Shown: piece by piece, positions 43,075-56,538 of the stretch
Position numbering within the stretch: the stretch's first letter is position 1
How the letters are laid out: each line of letters opens with the position of its first letter
DNA from: the human T2T-CHM13v2.0 reference genome, Homo sapiens
Reading direction: 5' to 3' (one strand)
DNA: 64,000 bases
Assembly: GCF_009914755.1 (NCBI RefSeq)
Contig: NC_060934.1
Made by a program: the position numbers and the translations under genes
The notes under the pieces: model-generated
Seen by the model: the letters and a program-made list of their open reading frames with translations, nothing else
What the model was told of the DNA's origin: nothing
The model's database searches: none

Positions 43075-43460
43075 TTATGGAAACAACCCAAATGTCCACA
43101 AGCAGGAAGATACATTGTGATAGATCCATACAATGGAATATCATTCGTTCATAAAAAAGAATAAAGTACTGATGCATGATAGAATGTGAGTGAACCTCAA
43201 TATCAAGAAAATGGACGAAGCCAGACATAAAGGATCACATATTGTATGATTCCATTTATATGAAGTATCCATAATAGGTAAATCCACAGAAACAAAAGCA
43301 GATTGGTAGTTGCCAGGGACTTGTGGGGAGTGAGGAATGGGGAATAACTTTTTAATGGGAAGATAGGGTTTCTTCTTGGGGTGCTAAAAATGTTGAGAAG
43401 TAGATAGAGGTCATGGTTGCACAACACTGTGAATATAATTTTATGTGAATTTTACCTCAA
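43075..43460 (+). mobile_element. L1MB-type 3' end
   Basis: GGAAACAACCCAAATGTCCA, TGTATGATTCCATTTATATGAA, GGTTGCACAACACTGTGAAT. Confidence 0.88.
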
Positions 43461-43494
43461 TTTTTTAAAGAAATCAGTTGATTTAAGACTTAAC

Positions 43495-43700
43495 TGAATT
43501 CTAGAATTTTTGAAATGAAGGTGTTTCTCAAGGTCATCCAACCCAATCTCCTGTTTTTCACAAATGAAAAAACTAAAACTCATCAAGATTAAATACTATA
43601 TATCACTAAGATTGCCTAGTAGCTAGTCCAAACCCAGGCCAGAATTTGAGTATCTGGATTTTTAGCCCAGTGATTTCTTTTTAAACTACTGCATGCTGCT
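43495..43700 (-). mobile_element. MIR
   Basis: AAGGTCATCCAACCCAA...TTCACAAATGAAAAAACTAA. Confidence 0.6.
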
Positions 43701-44564
43701 TTATTATCAATTGCTATTTTTTTTAAATTTTTTTCTGGGAACATACTACAAGTGTTAGTTTAAAAGTAAACTAACATAAAAGTAAATACAAAAAGAAGCA
43801 TAGCTTCCTTTGTGCCACATATAAGAAATGTAGACATAGAGAGTGTTTATTGCAGTAATTTGCCAAAAAGCAAGCCATAGTTTAAATTAGAAGAGGTTTA
43901 TTCCCTGCAGCACTTTCACAATCACAGAAGGCACCTATATTTTAAATGTAGTCTACATTGGCCTGGCTTATGAACTGCAACCTTCTATGATTGCAATTCA
44001 CTTTTTTAAATTAAAAAAAATTTCAAAATAATTTTTGCATAATTATTAGCACATTCTACCACTTGATAATTTTTTGTTTCTTTCAATAGACGAAAGCACT
44101 CACATTGTAAAAAAATTATATAAATGACCTTGTCTTGTGATGAAGCTAGAAGATCTGTTTTCAACGAAACTATTCTCAGAGGCATCTAGGGAGAAACATT
44201 TGAGTCAGGTTGGGAGTTAGAGATAGAAAGCAGCAGCAATTAAAGCAAGATAATGTATTACCCCCTGGAAATTGGGTGTTATACTCAAATGTAAAGGACT
44301 TGTATTGATTTAGTGCTAGCCTCAGAAAATAGTCAGATGTCCTCATTTTAAGGGAAAACTTTAGGAAATGTAATTATATCGTTTCTTTCTCTCTAAATCT
44401 GCCTTAGTTTTCAATTTCTTTATGTAGTTCGTTACTAAGAGGAAGCTACACTCTCATTACCACACTAAATGGATTTTCTATTAATATTTATCTCCAATGT
44501 TATTTTTATCTGGGTTGTTGTTTTCATTTCTACTTAGTATGTATTTTCTTCTTTCCTTTTAGTT

Positions 44565-44698
44565 CAGAGGTCAACAAAGTATGGCCTATGAGCCATACGC
44601 TACAATAGCAGAGTTGAGTGGTTGCAACAGATACCATGTGGCCTGCAAACCTAAAATATTTATTGGGGCATTTTACAGAAAACACTTGCCAGTCCTTG
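44565..44698. mobile_element. MER58A, internally deleted
   Basis: GCAGAGTTGAGTGGTTGCAACAGA, TGGCCTGCAAA; 8-bp TSD TTTTAGTT/CTTTAGTT. Confidence 0.8.
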
Positions 44699-44704
44699 CT
44701 TTAG

Positions 44705-45230
44705 TTGACCAAGTAGAAAAGGAAGAGCAGATTCTACAGAGTGAATAAATATCACCAGCAAAGGAAAGGATATAGAAAGGTACAGGATTTATACTTAGGC
44801 TAGCTAGAAACTCCATATGGTCAAAGTAAGAGTTTTGTGGATGTGAGTCATCAGAGATTATATAGGAAAGATAGATTACTGTCAGATTTAGAGGATTTTT
44901 AATGCCACTTCAGGAACTTGAGCTACTATTGTTTAGGAAATGAGTCATTTAAGGTTTTTTGAACAAAGGAGCTTTGCCAGAACAGGAAAGTGTTGCAGTA
45001 GGGTTTACAAAGTAATGAGAGTTATCAACTAAAGTTATATTAATAGGAAGGATGACATAGTTCCAGGAGTTGCTGTATAATTAAAATTGATAGGACCTTA
45101 GACACTGCATTTTGAGACAAAGAGATAATAGTTTAAAGATTAAAACTTCATTGGGCAGAAAAATTATTATTTATACACATATTAGGGAAGTAAAGAGCTA
45201 ATTTTTGTGGAAGGTTTAAGTTGATGGAGA
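44705..45230 (-). mobile_element. L2 remnant
   Basis: Purine-rich, degenerate L2-like motifs. Confidence 0.45.
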
Positions 45231-46078
45231 AGGATTATAACACTACATAGGATAAGAAACAAAACTGATTACTAGTTATCAGCATTACTGAAGTTGTTCA
45301 CTCATCCCAGGCACAGGCAATTTTTTACTCGCCATATTTTATCTCCAGGGCACCCAGCTGCCATCATCTTGTCAGGGTCCATCTCTTTATAAAATCCTCT
45401 TACTTTGCTCTCCAGAATCCCACCCTGATACACAGATTTACTTACGCTACCTCATACAGAATAAAGTACTTCCATTTTCCAAGTACTCTGAACCATGCTC
45501 AAGAAGGGCTTTAGCTCTCTCAAATAAAAAGACTTATCTCAAGGTGTTTAATTCAAGTAGAGCCACAGTTCCGAAACTGTGCACTGACACCCCAGGGTAC
45601 TGCAGCAGACTCACAAGAGTGCTACAGGATATTTTATATCGGTTTCAAAATTAAATTTTGCTACATTCCTTTTGGATGATGTCTTTTTAAAAAATAATTA
45701 CTGTTGTTGTTTTTTTTTTAATATGTACCTCCTGAAAAATCAATGCAGAATGGGAAATGAAGGTAGCAGTATCCACTTGGAATACAAGGCTTGAAGAGTG
45801 TGCAGTATTCCATAAGCATACATATTCCTTTAGTAAATACAGTTAACCCTTGAACAGTGCCGGGGGTTAGAGGCACTCCCCTCCCCCGGGTAGTTGAAAA
45901 TCCATGTATAACTTTTGACTCCCCAGAAACTTTACTAAGAGCCTACTGTTGACCAGAAGCCTTACCTGTAACATTAATCATTGATGAACATGTATTTTGT
46001 ATATTATATGTATTATACAGTGTATTTTTGTAACACAGTAAGCTAGAGAAAAGAAAATCATAAGGAAAATATATTCAT

Positions 46079-46445
46079 TGATATGGTTTGGCTCTGCTTC
46101 CCCACTCAAATCTCATCTCGAATTTTAATCCCCATAATCTCCACATGTTAAGGGAGGGACCTGTTAGGAGGTCATTAGATCATGGGGGCCATTTCCCCCA
46201 TGCTGTTCTTGTGATAGTGAGTTCTCGTGGAACCTGTTAGTTTTATAAGTGTTTGACAGTTCCTCTCTCATGTGCCCTCTCTCGCCTGCTGCCATGTATG
46301 ACATGCCTGCTTCCCCTTCTGCCATGATTGTGTTTCCTGAGGCCTCCCCAGCCATGCAGAACTGTGAGTCAATTAAACCTCTTTTCTTTATAAATTAGTC
46401 AGTCTTGGGCAGTTCTTTATAGGAGTGTGAAAACGGACTAATACA
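46079..46445 (+). mobile_element. THE1D/MSTA-type solo LTR inside Tigger2
   Basis: TGATATGGTTTGG...CTAATACA; TSD TTCAT/TTTAT. Confidence 0.92.
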
Positions 46446-46699
46446 TTTATTGTTCATTAAGTGGAGGTGGATCATCATAAACATCTTCATCCTAGTAGTC
46501 TTCACACTGAGCAGGCTGAAGAGGAGGGTGGGGAAGAGCTGGTCTTCCTGTCTCAGGGGTAGCAGGGGTGGAAATGATGAAGGAGGTGGAAAGGATGGCA
46601 GAAGAGGTAGGCATACTCAGTGTAACTTTACAGAAATACGTTGTAATTTCTGTCTTATTTTTCATTTCCCTAAAAATGTTACTCTAAAAATGTTTCTAT

Positions 46700-47905
46700 A
46701 TGGCACCTATCCTTCCACCTTTTGCTTTTGGTTCAGTGCCCATATCATAGAAGGGTCCATGTTGTAAAAGAAGTCAAAAGCAGTCTTTTGAATAACTGGA
46801 ATCATTCTGTTATATGGTCTAATATGAATTTGTTTCTGGCACTACTTATTCTACATCTTCTTTCTCATCATCTGGCACTGATTTGGAAGCACTCATCTCC
46901 ATCAAGTCATCTTCTGTTAATTCCTGTGATATGGTGTCTGTTAGCTCTTGAATTACTCCAAGATCCGTATCTTGAAACTCTTCAACTTCCCCCCACTTTT
47001 TTTTTTTTTTTTTTGCCATATCCACAGTCTCTTTTATGATATCCTTGATTGACTCTGTTGTAAATCCTATGAAGTCATATACACCATTGGACACAGTTTT
47101 TCTCTAGCATCAATTTATTTTTTTGGGCTTGATGGCTTTCATGGCTACTTTTGTAACAATGGCGTTTTCCATGATTTGATTCTTTCAGATATCCTTGGTG
47201 TTCTCTAAGTTGAGGTCTACTTCCATAGCATTGACAATCTTTTCTATAGATTACCATGTGTAATGATCTTTAAAGGTCCTTATGACCCCCTAATCTAGAT
47301 CTGAATTAGAGATATTGTGTTTGATGGCAAGTAGACCACTTTGACACCTTTGTTGTTGAACTCCTGGTGTGGGTGACCCGGGGCATTGTTCAATATCTAA
47401 AGAAATTTAAAAGACAGTTCCTTACTGACAAGGTACTTCTTTGTCAGCAGAAGTTACTTCTCCTCTTATCCATTTTTTGAAGCCAAACCTCTTTCTAAAA
47501 ATGTCAAGCCATCCTTTGCTGACATTAAATTCTCCAGCTTTAAATCCTTCACCTTCCTTTTGCTTTAAGTTGTCATATAATGACTTCAAGTCTTACTAGA
47601 GTATGCCTTTCTTATAGCAATTCTGTACTCACATTGTATTTTAAATATAAGATAAAAAGATATTTTACAGAAACTTCAAGGTTTTCATGCCTGCTGTCGT
47701 AGCTGCAGTGATGGCTCCACAAAGTCCTCCCCCAACCACAATGGTCCTTACACTGGATTCATCTATCTTGAAATGGTGGGCAACCACAGCTGCAGACCTC
47801 AATCTACGGTACATATCAAGCAAGTCAGCTTTTTTTTGTAATGATTTTTCTCTGCTTCTTGGGAGCACTTCCAGCATCACTAGTGACATTTCATATGGGT
47901 CCCAT
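46700..47905 (-). pseudogene. Decayed Tigger2 transposase
   Basis: ORF 47665..47889 has the N-terminal HTH (LLDMYRRLRSAAVVAHHFKIDESSVRTIV). ORF 46846..47094 has the acidic C-terminus. Frameshifts and a large deletion lie between them. Confidence 0.85.
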
Positions 47906-48808
47906 GGTGATGTTCAAGATTTACAGTATTGCACTAAACATGATGAAAAATAATTCAAGAACCATGAGAGATCACTTTTTATTGCAATATGCAATTTACT
48001 GTAAGATGTAGGGTTCACTCAGAGATGATTAGCATCAGATGTCATTTTCAATGGATACAACACTTGAGCTCACTGCAAAAGCAACAGGTGGTAGTTACAA
48101 CGTTGTTACAATAGTACAGTATTTACTGCAGTTCATTTTATGCAGTTAGGATTTAATACTGAATTTTTACATTTGTTTACATTTCTCTTGACTCAAATGC
48201 TGCCGTGTATGGTCTGTAAGTGTTTGCCTGTGTAAGTTTTGATAGATTTTAACTTTTTATAATACATTTTAATAGTTTTATGATAGTGATAAAATAGTAT
48301 CTACATATACTTTATGAGTTCATGACATACTTAACAATTTTTATCAATATTTCTAGGCTACACAGTTTGTCTGTAGAGTATTTCAAACTATCACAAATTT
48401 CCAAAAAATTTTCTGATATACTTCTTGAAAAAATTTTTACACACAAGTGGATCCATGCAGTTCAAACCCAAGTTGTACAAGGGTCAACTGTATTGTAGTT
48501 ATTTTTTAATGAGATTTTAAAAACTTTTTTCAATTTATATGTATTTTTCTTAACTGAGTATTAAATTCTGAAGCTAGTACTTATTAAATTGTTTGGACTT
48601 AACGTTAAACAGGACTGTTAGGCATTTGTTAGCATACCATGAAAAAATGAAAAAAATAACAAAAACACTAAAAACACTGTAAACTGGGAAAGTTTCAGAT
48701 TCTCTGAATTTGAGAGAGTTGTTCAACTCTAAAATGAATGCATTCTTCCATAAGCATGTGAAAAGGCAGCAGTCTTTCTTTTTTCTCTTTTTTTCAAAAT
48801 TGCTTTCT

Positions 48809-49111
48809 AGACTGGGCACAGTGGCTCACACTTGTAATCCCAGCATTTTGGGAGGCTGAGGTGGACAGATCGCTTGAGCCCAGGAGTTTGAGACCAGCCT
48901 GGGCAACATGGTAAAACCCCATCTCTACAAAACATCCAAAAATTAACCAGGTGTGGTGGTGCACACCTGTAGTCTCAGCTTCTGTGGAGGCTGTGAGGTG
49001 GGAGAATCGCTTGAGCCCAGGAGGCAGAGGTTGCAGTGAGCCGAGATCGTGCCACTCCACTCCAGCCTGGTGACAGTGAAATCCCCTCTCAAAAAAAAAC
49101 AAAAAAACAAA
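48809..49111 (+). mobile_element. AluJb-like
   Basis: Full dimer. Confidence 0.92.
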
Positions 49112-49199
49112 TTTGAAAACACATTCTAGTGACATGGGATTTTGTGTAGCATCTTAACAAAAATGTAATCACATATTTAAAAATTTTCTGTGCTTTTTG

Positions 49200-49790
49200 C
49201 TGTATCAAACAAAAAAAGTAAGAAGTGCTCTTCCCTTTAAGGTTATGGTCAGGTCAGAGTGGTAAGACAAATACAAGTTGCTTATATCATTAAGTAAAAT
49301 AAAATAATTACCCTCATTTATTTCATAATATCACATATTATGGGCATTCAAAGAAGAATGTGTACATCTGTTAGTGGGAATGAAGAAAGAATTTGTTAGA
49401 TTTTAAATGGGCATTGACATGTTGGTAAATTCTAACATGTAGAGGTAGTGGACATTTCAGATAGAAGGAAAAACATAAAAACTCAAGATTTATTTTGGGA
49501 GAAGCAAATTATTCTATATGACTGAAGCAAGGACATATGTTATGAAGTAATGTAGATTACAGCTGGTTTACTATAAGTTGGAGTACTATCGTGGAGCACT
49601 TTGAATGCTGGGGTGTGAGGCATTTGGATTCAATTTACTAGGAAAAGAAGAGTGATTAGGGTGATTAATCTGTCAGCAAGATATAGGATGATTAAATCAA
49701 GGAGAGAAAGGAGGCAGGGATAGCTTTTTAAAAGGGAATGATGGATTTTGCTTTATGTATATGTATTTCAAAGGAAACACCAAACTGTTG
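49200..49790 (-). mobile_element. L2 remnant
   Basis: Degenerate purine-rich L2-like motifs (CTTTGAATGC, TTTGGATTCAATT). Confidence 0.5.
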
Positions 49791-49924
49791 ATCTTTAAAG
49801 AGCATACTTTTGTTCAGCACTGTAACTAACAGTTGTAACATAAAACTCACTTTTCTGATGGGAGGCAGAAGACTTTCTAACTTTCTTGTTATTTCTAGAG
49901 GAATAATATCAATACAATGTAAAT

Positions 49925-50080
49925 ATGTATGGAATGCATACTATAGGCCAAGAACTATATTAAGCATTTATTTAATTCTCACAACCCTTGAGAGACATTA
50001 TTATTCCCATTTTACAGGTGAGAACAGTAAAGCCTAGTAAAGTTAATGTTGTCCAGAGTCACATAGTTAATAAGTAGACA
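49925..50080 (-). mobile_element. MIR
   Basis: TTTAATTCTCACAACCC...CCCATTTTACAGGTGAG...AGAGTCACATAG. Confidence 0.8.
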
Positions 50081-50430
50081 GATTAGCAAAAATTTTTAAA
50101 ATAAGTTTACTAGTTGGTTTAAACTAAGGAGAATTGAGTTAATTCTCCTTGGGTCTTATCAAATTATCTTCATCTGACTTAGGCATAGTTTCTCTCTTTT
50201 TTTATTTTTCATATCACTCCTGATCTCTTCCCACCATGGGTACTCTTAATGTGTTTGATATGGCTCTTACATTTGGATGTGTCCTTTAAGACTGTATTGT
50301 GTTATTTTAGATGCATGCATATGTGTTTAAATTATACATAATATATAAAAGGGTAAATTATAGCTTGTCTGATTTGATATATATGTTTCTACTCTATTGC
50401 TTTTATATTTTTATTTTATAAGAAACACAC

Positions 50431-50608
50431 ATTTTTATTTTATAAGAAACAAGGTCTTGCTATTAATATGTTACCAAGACCAGAATGCAGTAGTTATTCA
50501 CAGGTGTGATCATTGTGCAGATAGCCTTGAACTCCTGGCCTCACCCTATCCTCCCACTTGAGCCTCCTAAATAGCTGGAACTACAGGTGCATGCAGCTGG
50601 GCCTGGCT
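50431..50608 (-). mobile_element. FAM (fossil Alu monomer)
   Basis: TATTCACAGGTGTGATCAT is the 7SL-derived segment typical of FAM. Confidence 0.8.
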
Positions 50609-50675
50609 TAGTTTACTGCTTTTTTAAAAATAATTTACAAATAATAATTGTACATATTCATGGAATACATTATGA

Positions 50676-50969
<294 letters not shown>

Positions 50970-52197
50970 CATAATGATGTTTTGATACCTGTAATGTATA
51001 GTAATCAGACAGGGATAAATAGCATATCCATCATCTCAAACATTTATCATTTCTTTGTGTTAAGAACATTTAATATCCTCCATCTACCTATTTAAACTAT
51101 TTAATATATTTTTGTTAACTAAATAGTCATCCTGCAGAGGTATAGAATTCTATAACTTACTCTTATCTAGTTGTAATTTTGGTATCCTTTAACAAATTTT
51201 TCCCTATCCTTCCTTTCCCCCTACTTTCCCAGCCTCCAATATCCTCTGTTCTACCTTTTACTTCTATAAGATCAACTTTTTTTTATCTTCTACTTATGAG
51301 TGAAAACATACCATGTTTAACTTTCTGTTCCTAACATTTCACTTAACATAATGTCCTCCAGTTTTATCTATGTTGCCATGAACCACAGGATTTTATGCTT
51401 TTTTATGGCTGAATGGTTTTTCTTTGTGTATACATTACACATTTTCTTTATCCATTCATTTGTTGTTGGACACCTAGGTTTGTTCCATATCTTGGCTATT
51501 GTGGATAGTGCTGCAATAAGCATAGGGGTACACATGTCCCTTAAATATAATGATTTCCATTCCTTTGGATAAATTCCTAGTAGTAGGATTGCTGGATCAT
51601 GTAGTAGTTCTACTTGTGGTTTTTAGGAAACTCCAACTATTCTCCATAGTGGCTATTCCCACCAACAATGTATTAAGAGTTCCCTTTTCTCCATCCTCAC
51701 CAACATTTTTTTTTCTTTTTGATAATAGCCATCCTAACTGGGGTGAGATGATACCTCATTGTGGTTTTGATCTGCATTTCTCTGATGATTAGTGATGTTG
51801 GGCACTTTTTCATATATTTGTTGGCCATTTGTATCTCTTTTGAGAAATGTCTGTTCAGATCATTTACCTATTTTTTAATAAGATTGGTTTTTTGCTATTG
51901 AGATGTTTGAGTTCCTTGTATATTCTTAGTATTAATCCCCTATCTGATGTTATGAATAGTTTGCAAATATTTTTTCCCATTCTGTAGGTTGTCTTTTCAC
52001 TCTATTGATTGTTTCCTTTGCTGTGCTAAAGATTTTCAGTTTGATATAATCTCATTTGTTTATTTTTACTTTTGTTGCTTGTGCTTTTGAAGTTGTATTC
52101 ATAAAATATTTTTCCAGATCAATGTCCTAAAGCATTTCACCTGTGTTTTCTTCTAGGAGGGTTATCCTTTTAGGTCATATATTTAGTTCTTTGATCA

Positions 52198-52490
<293 letters not shown>

Positions 52491-55400
52491 TGATCCACTT
52501 TGAGTTGATTTTTGCATGCAGTGAGAGGTAGAAGTGTAGTTTCATTCTTCTGCATATGGCTATCCAGTTTGCTCAGGACCATTTATTGAACAGACTATTC
52601 ATTCCCCAATGACAATTCTTGGCACTTTTGTCAAAAATCATTTTGCTGTAGATAATGTGGATAAATTTCTGGGTTCTCTATGCCTTTCCATTGGTCTATA
52701 TGTCTGTTTTTATGCTGGTACCATGCTGTTTGTGTTATTATAGCTTTGTGATATATTTTGAGGTCTGATAGTGTGGTACCTCCAGCTTTGTTCTTTTTAC
52801 TCAGGATTGCTTCAGCTATTCAGGGTTTTCTATGTTTCCATACAAATTTTAGAATTTTTTTCCATTTCTGTGAAAAGTGTCATTGGTAGTTTGATAGGGA
52901 TTGCACTGAATCTATAGATGTCTTTCCATTTATTTGTATGCACTTCAATTTCTTTCATCAGTGTTTTGTAATCTTCCTTGTAGAGGTCTTTTATCACCTT
53001 GGTTCAGTTTGTTCCCAAGATTTTATTTTCTTTTCTAGCTATTGTAAATGAGGTTGCCTTTTTGAATTCTTGTTCAACTACTTTGTTGTTTATGTACAGA
53101 AACACTACTGATTTTTGTGTGTTGATTTTATATCCTGCAACTTTATGGAATTCATTTATCAGTTCTAAGAGTTTTTTGGTAGAGTCTTTAGGCTTTTTAA
53201 TATGTAGAATCATTACATATGCAAATAGGGACAATTTAACTTCCTTCTTCTCAATTTTGATATGGTTTATTTCTTTCTCTTGCCTAATTGCTGTGGCTAG
53301 TACTTCCAGTACTATGTTGAATAAGAGTGGTGAGAGAGGGCATCATTGTCTGTTCCAGTTCTTAGAGGAAATGCTTTCAGGTTTCAGTAAGATGCTAGCT
53401 GTGAGTTTGTCATGTTGAGGTAATTTCAACATGTTATTATGTTGAGGTACTTTCCTTCTATACCTAATTTATTAAGAGTTTTTATGAAGGAATATTAAAT
53501 TTTATCAAAAGCATTTTCTGCTTTTCATTGAGATGATCATATGATTTTTGTCCTTCATTCTATTGATAGGATATAAGACATTCATTCAGTGACATATGGT
53601 GGACCATCTTTGCATTCTTGGGATAATCCTCACTTGCTCATAATCTTTTTGAGACACTGTTGGGTTCAGTTTGCTAGTATTTTGTTGTGGACTTTTGCAT
53701 GTATGTTCATCAGGGATATTGGCCTATCATTTTCTTTTTTTGTTTTGTCCTTATCTGTTTTTGGTATCACGGTTATGTTGGCTTCATAGAATCAATTAGG
53801 AAGTATTTCCTCTGCTTCATTTTTGGAATAATTTGGGACAAATTGGTTTTAATTCAACAGTGAAGCCATCCAGTTCTGGACTTTTTTTTTTTTTTTTTTG
53901 GTGTTGGAAGACTTTTTGTTATTAAATCAATCTTGTTTCTTGTCATTGGTCTGTTTAGGCTTTCTATTTCTTCTTTCAGTCTTGGTAGGTTTTACGTATC
54001 CAGGAATGTGTCCATTTCCTCTAGGTTTTCAAATTTGTTGGCATATAGTTGTTCACGGTAGTCTCTAGTGATCCTTTGTATTTCTGTAGTATCTTTTGTG
54101 ATGTCTCCTTTTTTGTTTCCTATTTTAATTATTTAGATCTTCTCTCTTTTTTCTTATTCTAGCTAATGGTTTGTCAATTTTGTTTAGAAGCCAGCTTTTT
54201 GTTTTGTTGATCTTTTGTATTTTTTTGTCTTATTTTTGTTTATTTCTACACTGATCATTATTATTTCTTTCCTTCCATTAATTTTGGGTTTAGTTTATTC
54301 TTTTCTAGTTCTTTGAGGTTTATCATCAAGTTGTTTACTTGAAATCTTTCTTGTTTTTTGATATAAGCATTTATTCCTATAAACTTGACTCTGAATACTG
54401 TTTTTGCTGTGTCCCATAGGTTTTGGTATGTTGTGTTTCTGTTTTCCTTTGTGTCAAAGAATTTTTAAATTTTATTCTTAATTTCTTTCTTTATCCATTG
54501 GTCATTCAGGAGCATATTGTTTAATTTTCATGTAATGGTATATTTCTAAATGATTCTCTTGTTATAGATATCTAAGTTTACGCCATTGTGTTCAGATAAG
54601 TACTTGATATTTTGATCCTTTAAGAATATTTTGAGACTTCTATTGTGTCCTTACACACGATTGATCCTGAGACTGTTGAATGGGCTGATGAAAAGAATGT
54701 GTATTCTGCCACTGTTGGCTGAAATGTTCTATAAATATCTGTTGTATTTAGTCTATGGTGCAGTTTAACTCTGATGTTTCTTTGTTGACTTTTTGTCTAC
54801 ATAATCTGCCCAGTGTTGAGAGTGGGATGTTGAAGTCCCCAACTGTTATTTCACTTTAGATCTAATAATATTTGCTTTACATATCTGGGTGCTTCAGTAT
54901 TGGGTGCATATATATTTACAGTTGTTATATTCTCTTGTTGGATCAATCCTTTTATAATTATATAGTAGCCCTCTGTCTTCTTTTACAGCTTTTGACTTGA
55001 AGAGTGTTTTACCTCATATAATTATAGCTATTCCTGTTTGCTTTTAGTTTCCATTTGCACTGAATATTTTTTCCATCCACTTCCAGTCTGTGTGTGTATA
55101 CAGGTGATACAAGTTTCTTGTAGATAGCATATAATTGGGTCTTGTTTTTTTAAAATCCATTCAGCTAGTATGTATCTTTTAAATGTGGAACTTAATCTAT
55201 TTACAATCGTGTTATTATTGATAGGTGAGGACTTACTCCTGTCATTTTATTGATTGTTTTCTGGTGGTTTGTATATCCTTTGTTCATTACTTTCTCTCAA
55301 TGTTATTTTTGCAGTTGAATGGTTTTCTCTAGTGAAAAGGTTTGATTCCTTTCTCCTTCTCCTTTGTACAGCAGCTCTATCAGTGTGTTTTATAGTTTCA

Positions 55401-56259
55401 CATATTTTCATGATGGTGATTATTGTTTTTCATTTCCACATGTAAGACCCCCTTGAGCATTTCTTGCAAGGCCAGACTAGTGGTGATGGATTCCCTTAGT
55501 TTTGCTAGTCTGTGAAATATTTTATTTGTCCTTTATTTCTGAAGGTTAGCTTTGCTGGGCGTATTCTTGGGCTAATAATTTTTTTCTTCTAGTACTTTGA
55601 CTATATTATCCTGTCCTCTCCTGGACTATAGGATTTCTGCTGAGAAATTCACTGTTAGTCTAATGGGGATTCCCTTATATGACTTGATGCTTTTATCTTG
55701 CTGCTTTTAGAATTCTTTCTTTGTCTTTGACTTTTGACAATTTAACTGTAATGTGCCTTGCAGAGGTCCTGTTTGAGGTGAATATATTTGAGCTTTCTCG
55801 ACTTGGATGTCTCTCTGTCTTTCTGTTATTATTTCATTAAATATGTTTTTCTCACCTTTCCCTTCACCTTCTGGAGATATTTATTTGCTTAATGGTATCC
55901 CATAAATCCTTTAGGCTTTTTCATTCTCTTTTTTTTTTTAAAGTTAGTCTGCCTGTGTTATTTCAAAAGATCATTCTTCAAGTTCAGAAATTCTTCTTCT
56001 TGGTCTAGTCTGTTGTTTAGCTCTTTATTGTATTTTTTATTTCATTCATTAAATTCTTCAGCTCTAGGATTTCTGCTTCATTCTTTTTTATGATATCTGT
56101 CTTTGTTGAATTTCTCTTTCAAATCATAAACTCTTCTCCTGACTTTGTTGAGTTATCTATCGGTATTCTCTTGTATCTTATTGGATTTCTTTAAGATTAT
56201 TATTTTGATTTTTTTCCCACATTTCATATATTTCCTTATAGTTTGGAGTCTGTTACTAG

Positions 56260-56538
<279 letters not shown>

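Larger units (their letters stand above)
45840..48490 (-). mobile_element. Tigger2 (pogo-like) with both TIRs and an internal deletion
   Basis: TIRs CAGTTAACCCTTGAACA / TGTACAAGGGTCAACTG; TA TSD on both sides. Confidence 0.92.
45563..48706. mobile_element. hAT-Charlie (Charlie7-like) element, split by Tigger2; own sequence about 45563-45837 and 48493-48706
   Basis: GTTCCGAAACTGTG left end, GAAAGTTTCAGATTCTCTG right end; degenerate 8-bp TSD AAGTAGAG/AATTTGAG. Confidence 0.65.

Noticed and set aside
46342-46354. PRDM9 hotspot 13-mer (CCNCCNTNNCCNC) in THE1 LTRs
   Set aside because: The site reads CCTCCCCAGCCAT, mismatching two key positions. The equivalent positions in the other solo LTRs also mismatch.
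51182-51193. U12-type splice signal GTATCCTTTAAC
   Set aside because: It is part of the L1MA 3' UTR, with no exon context.
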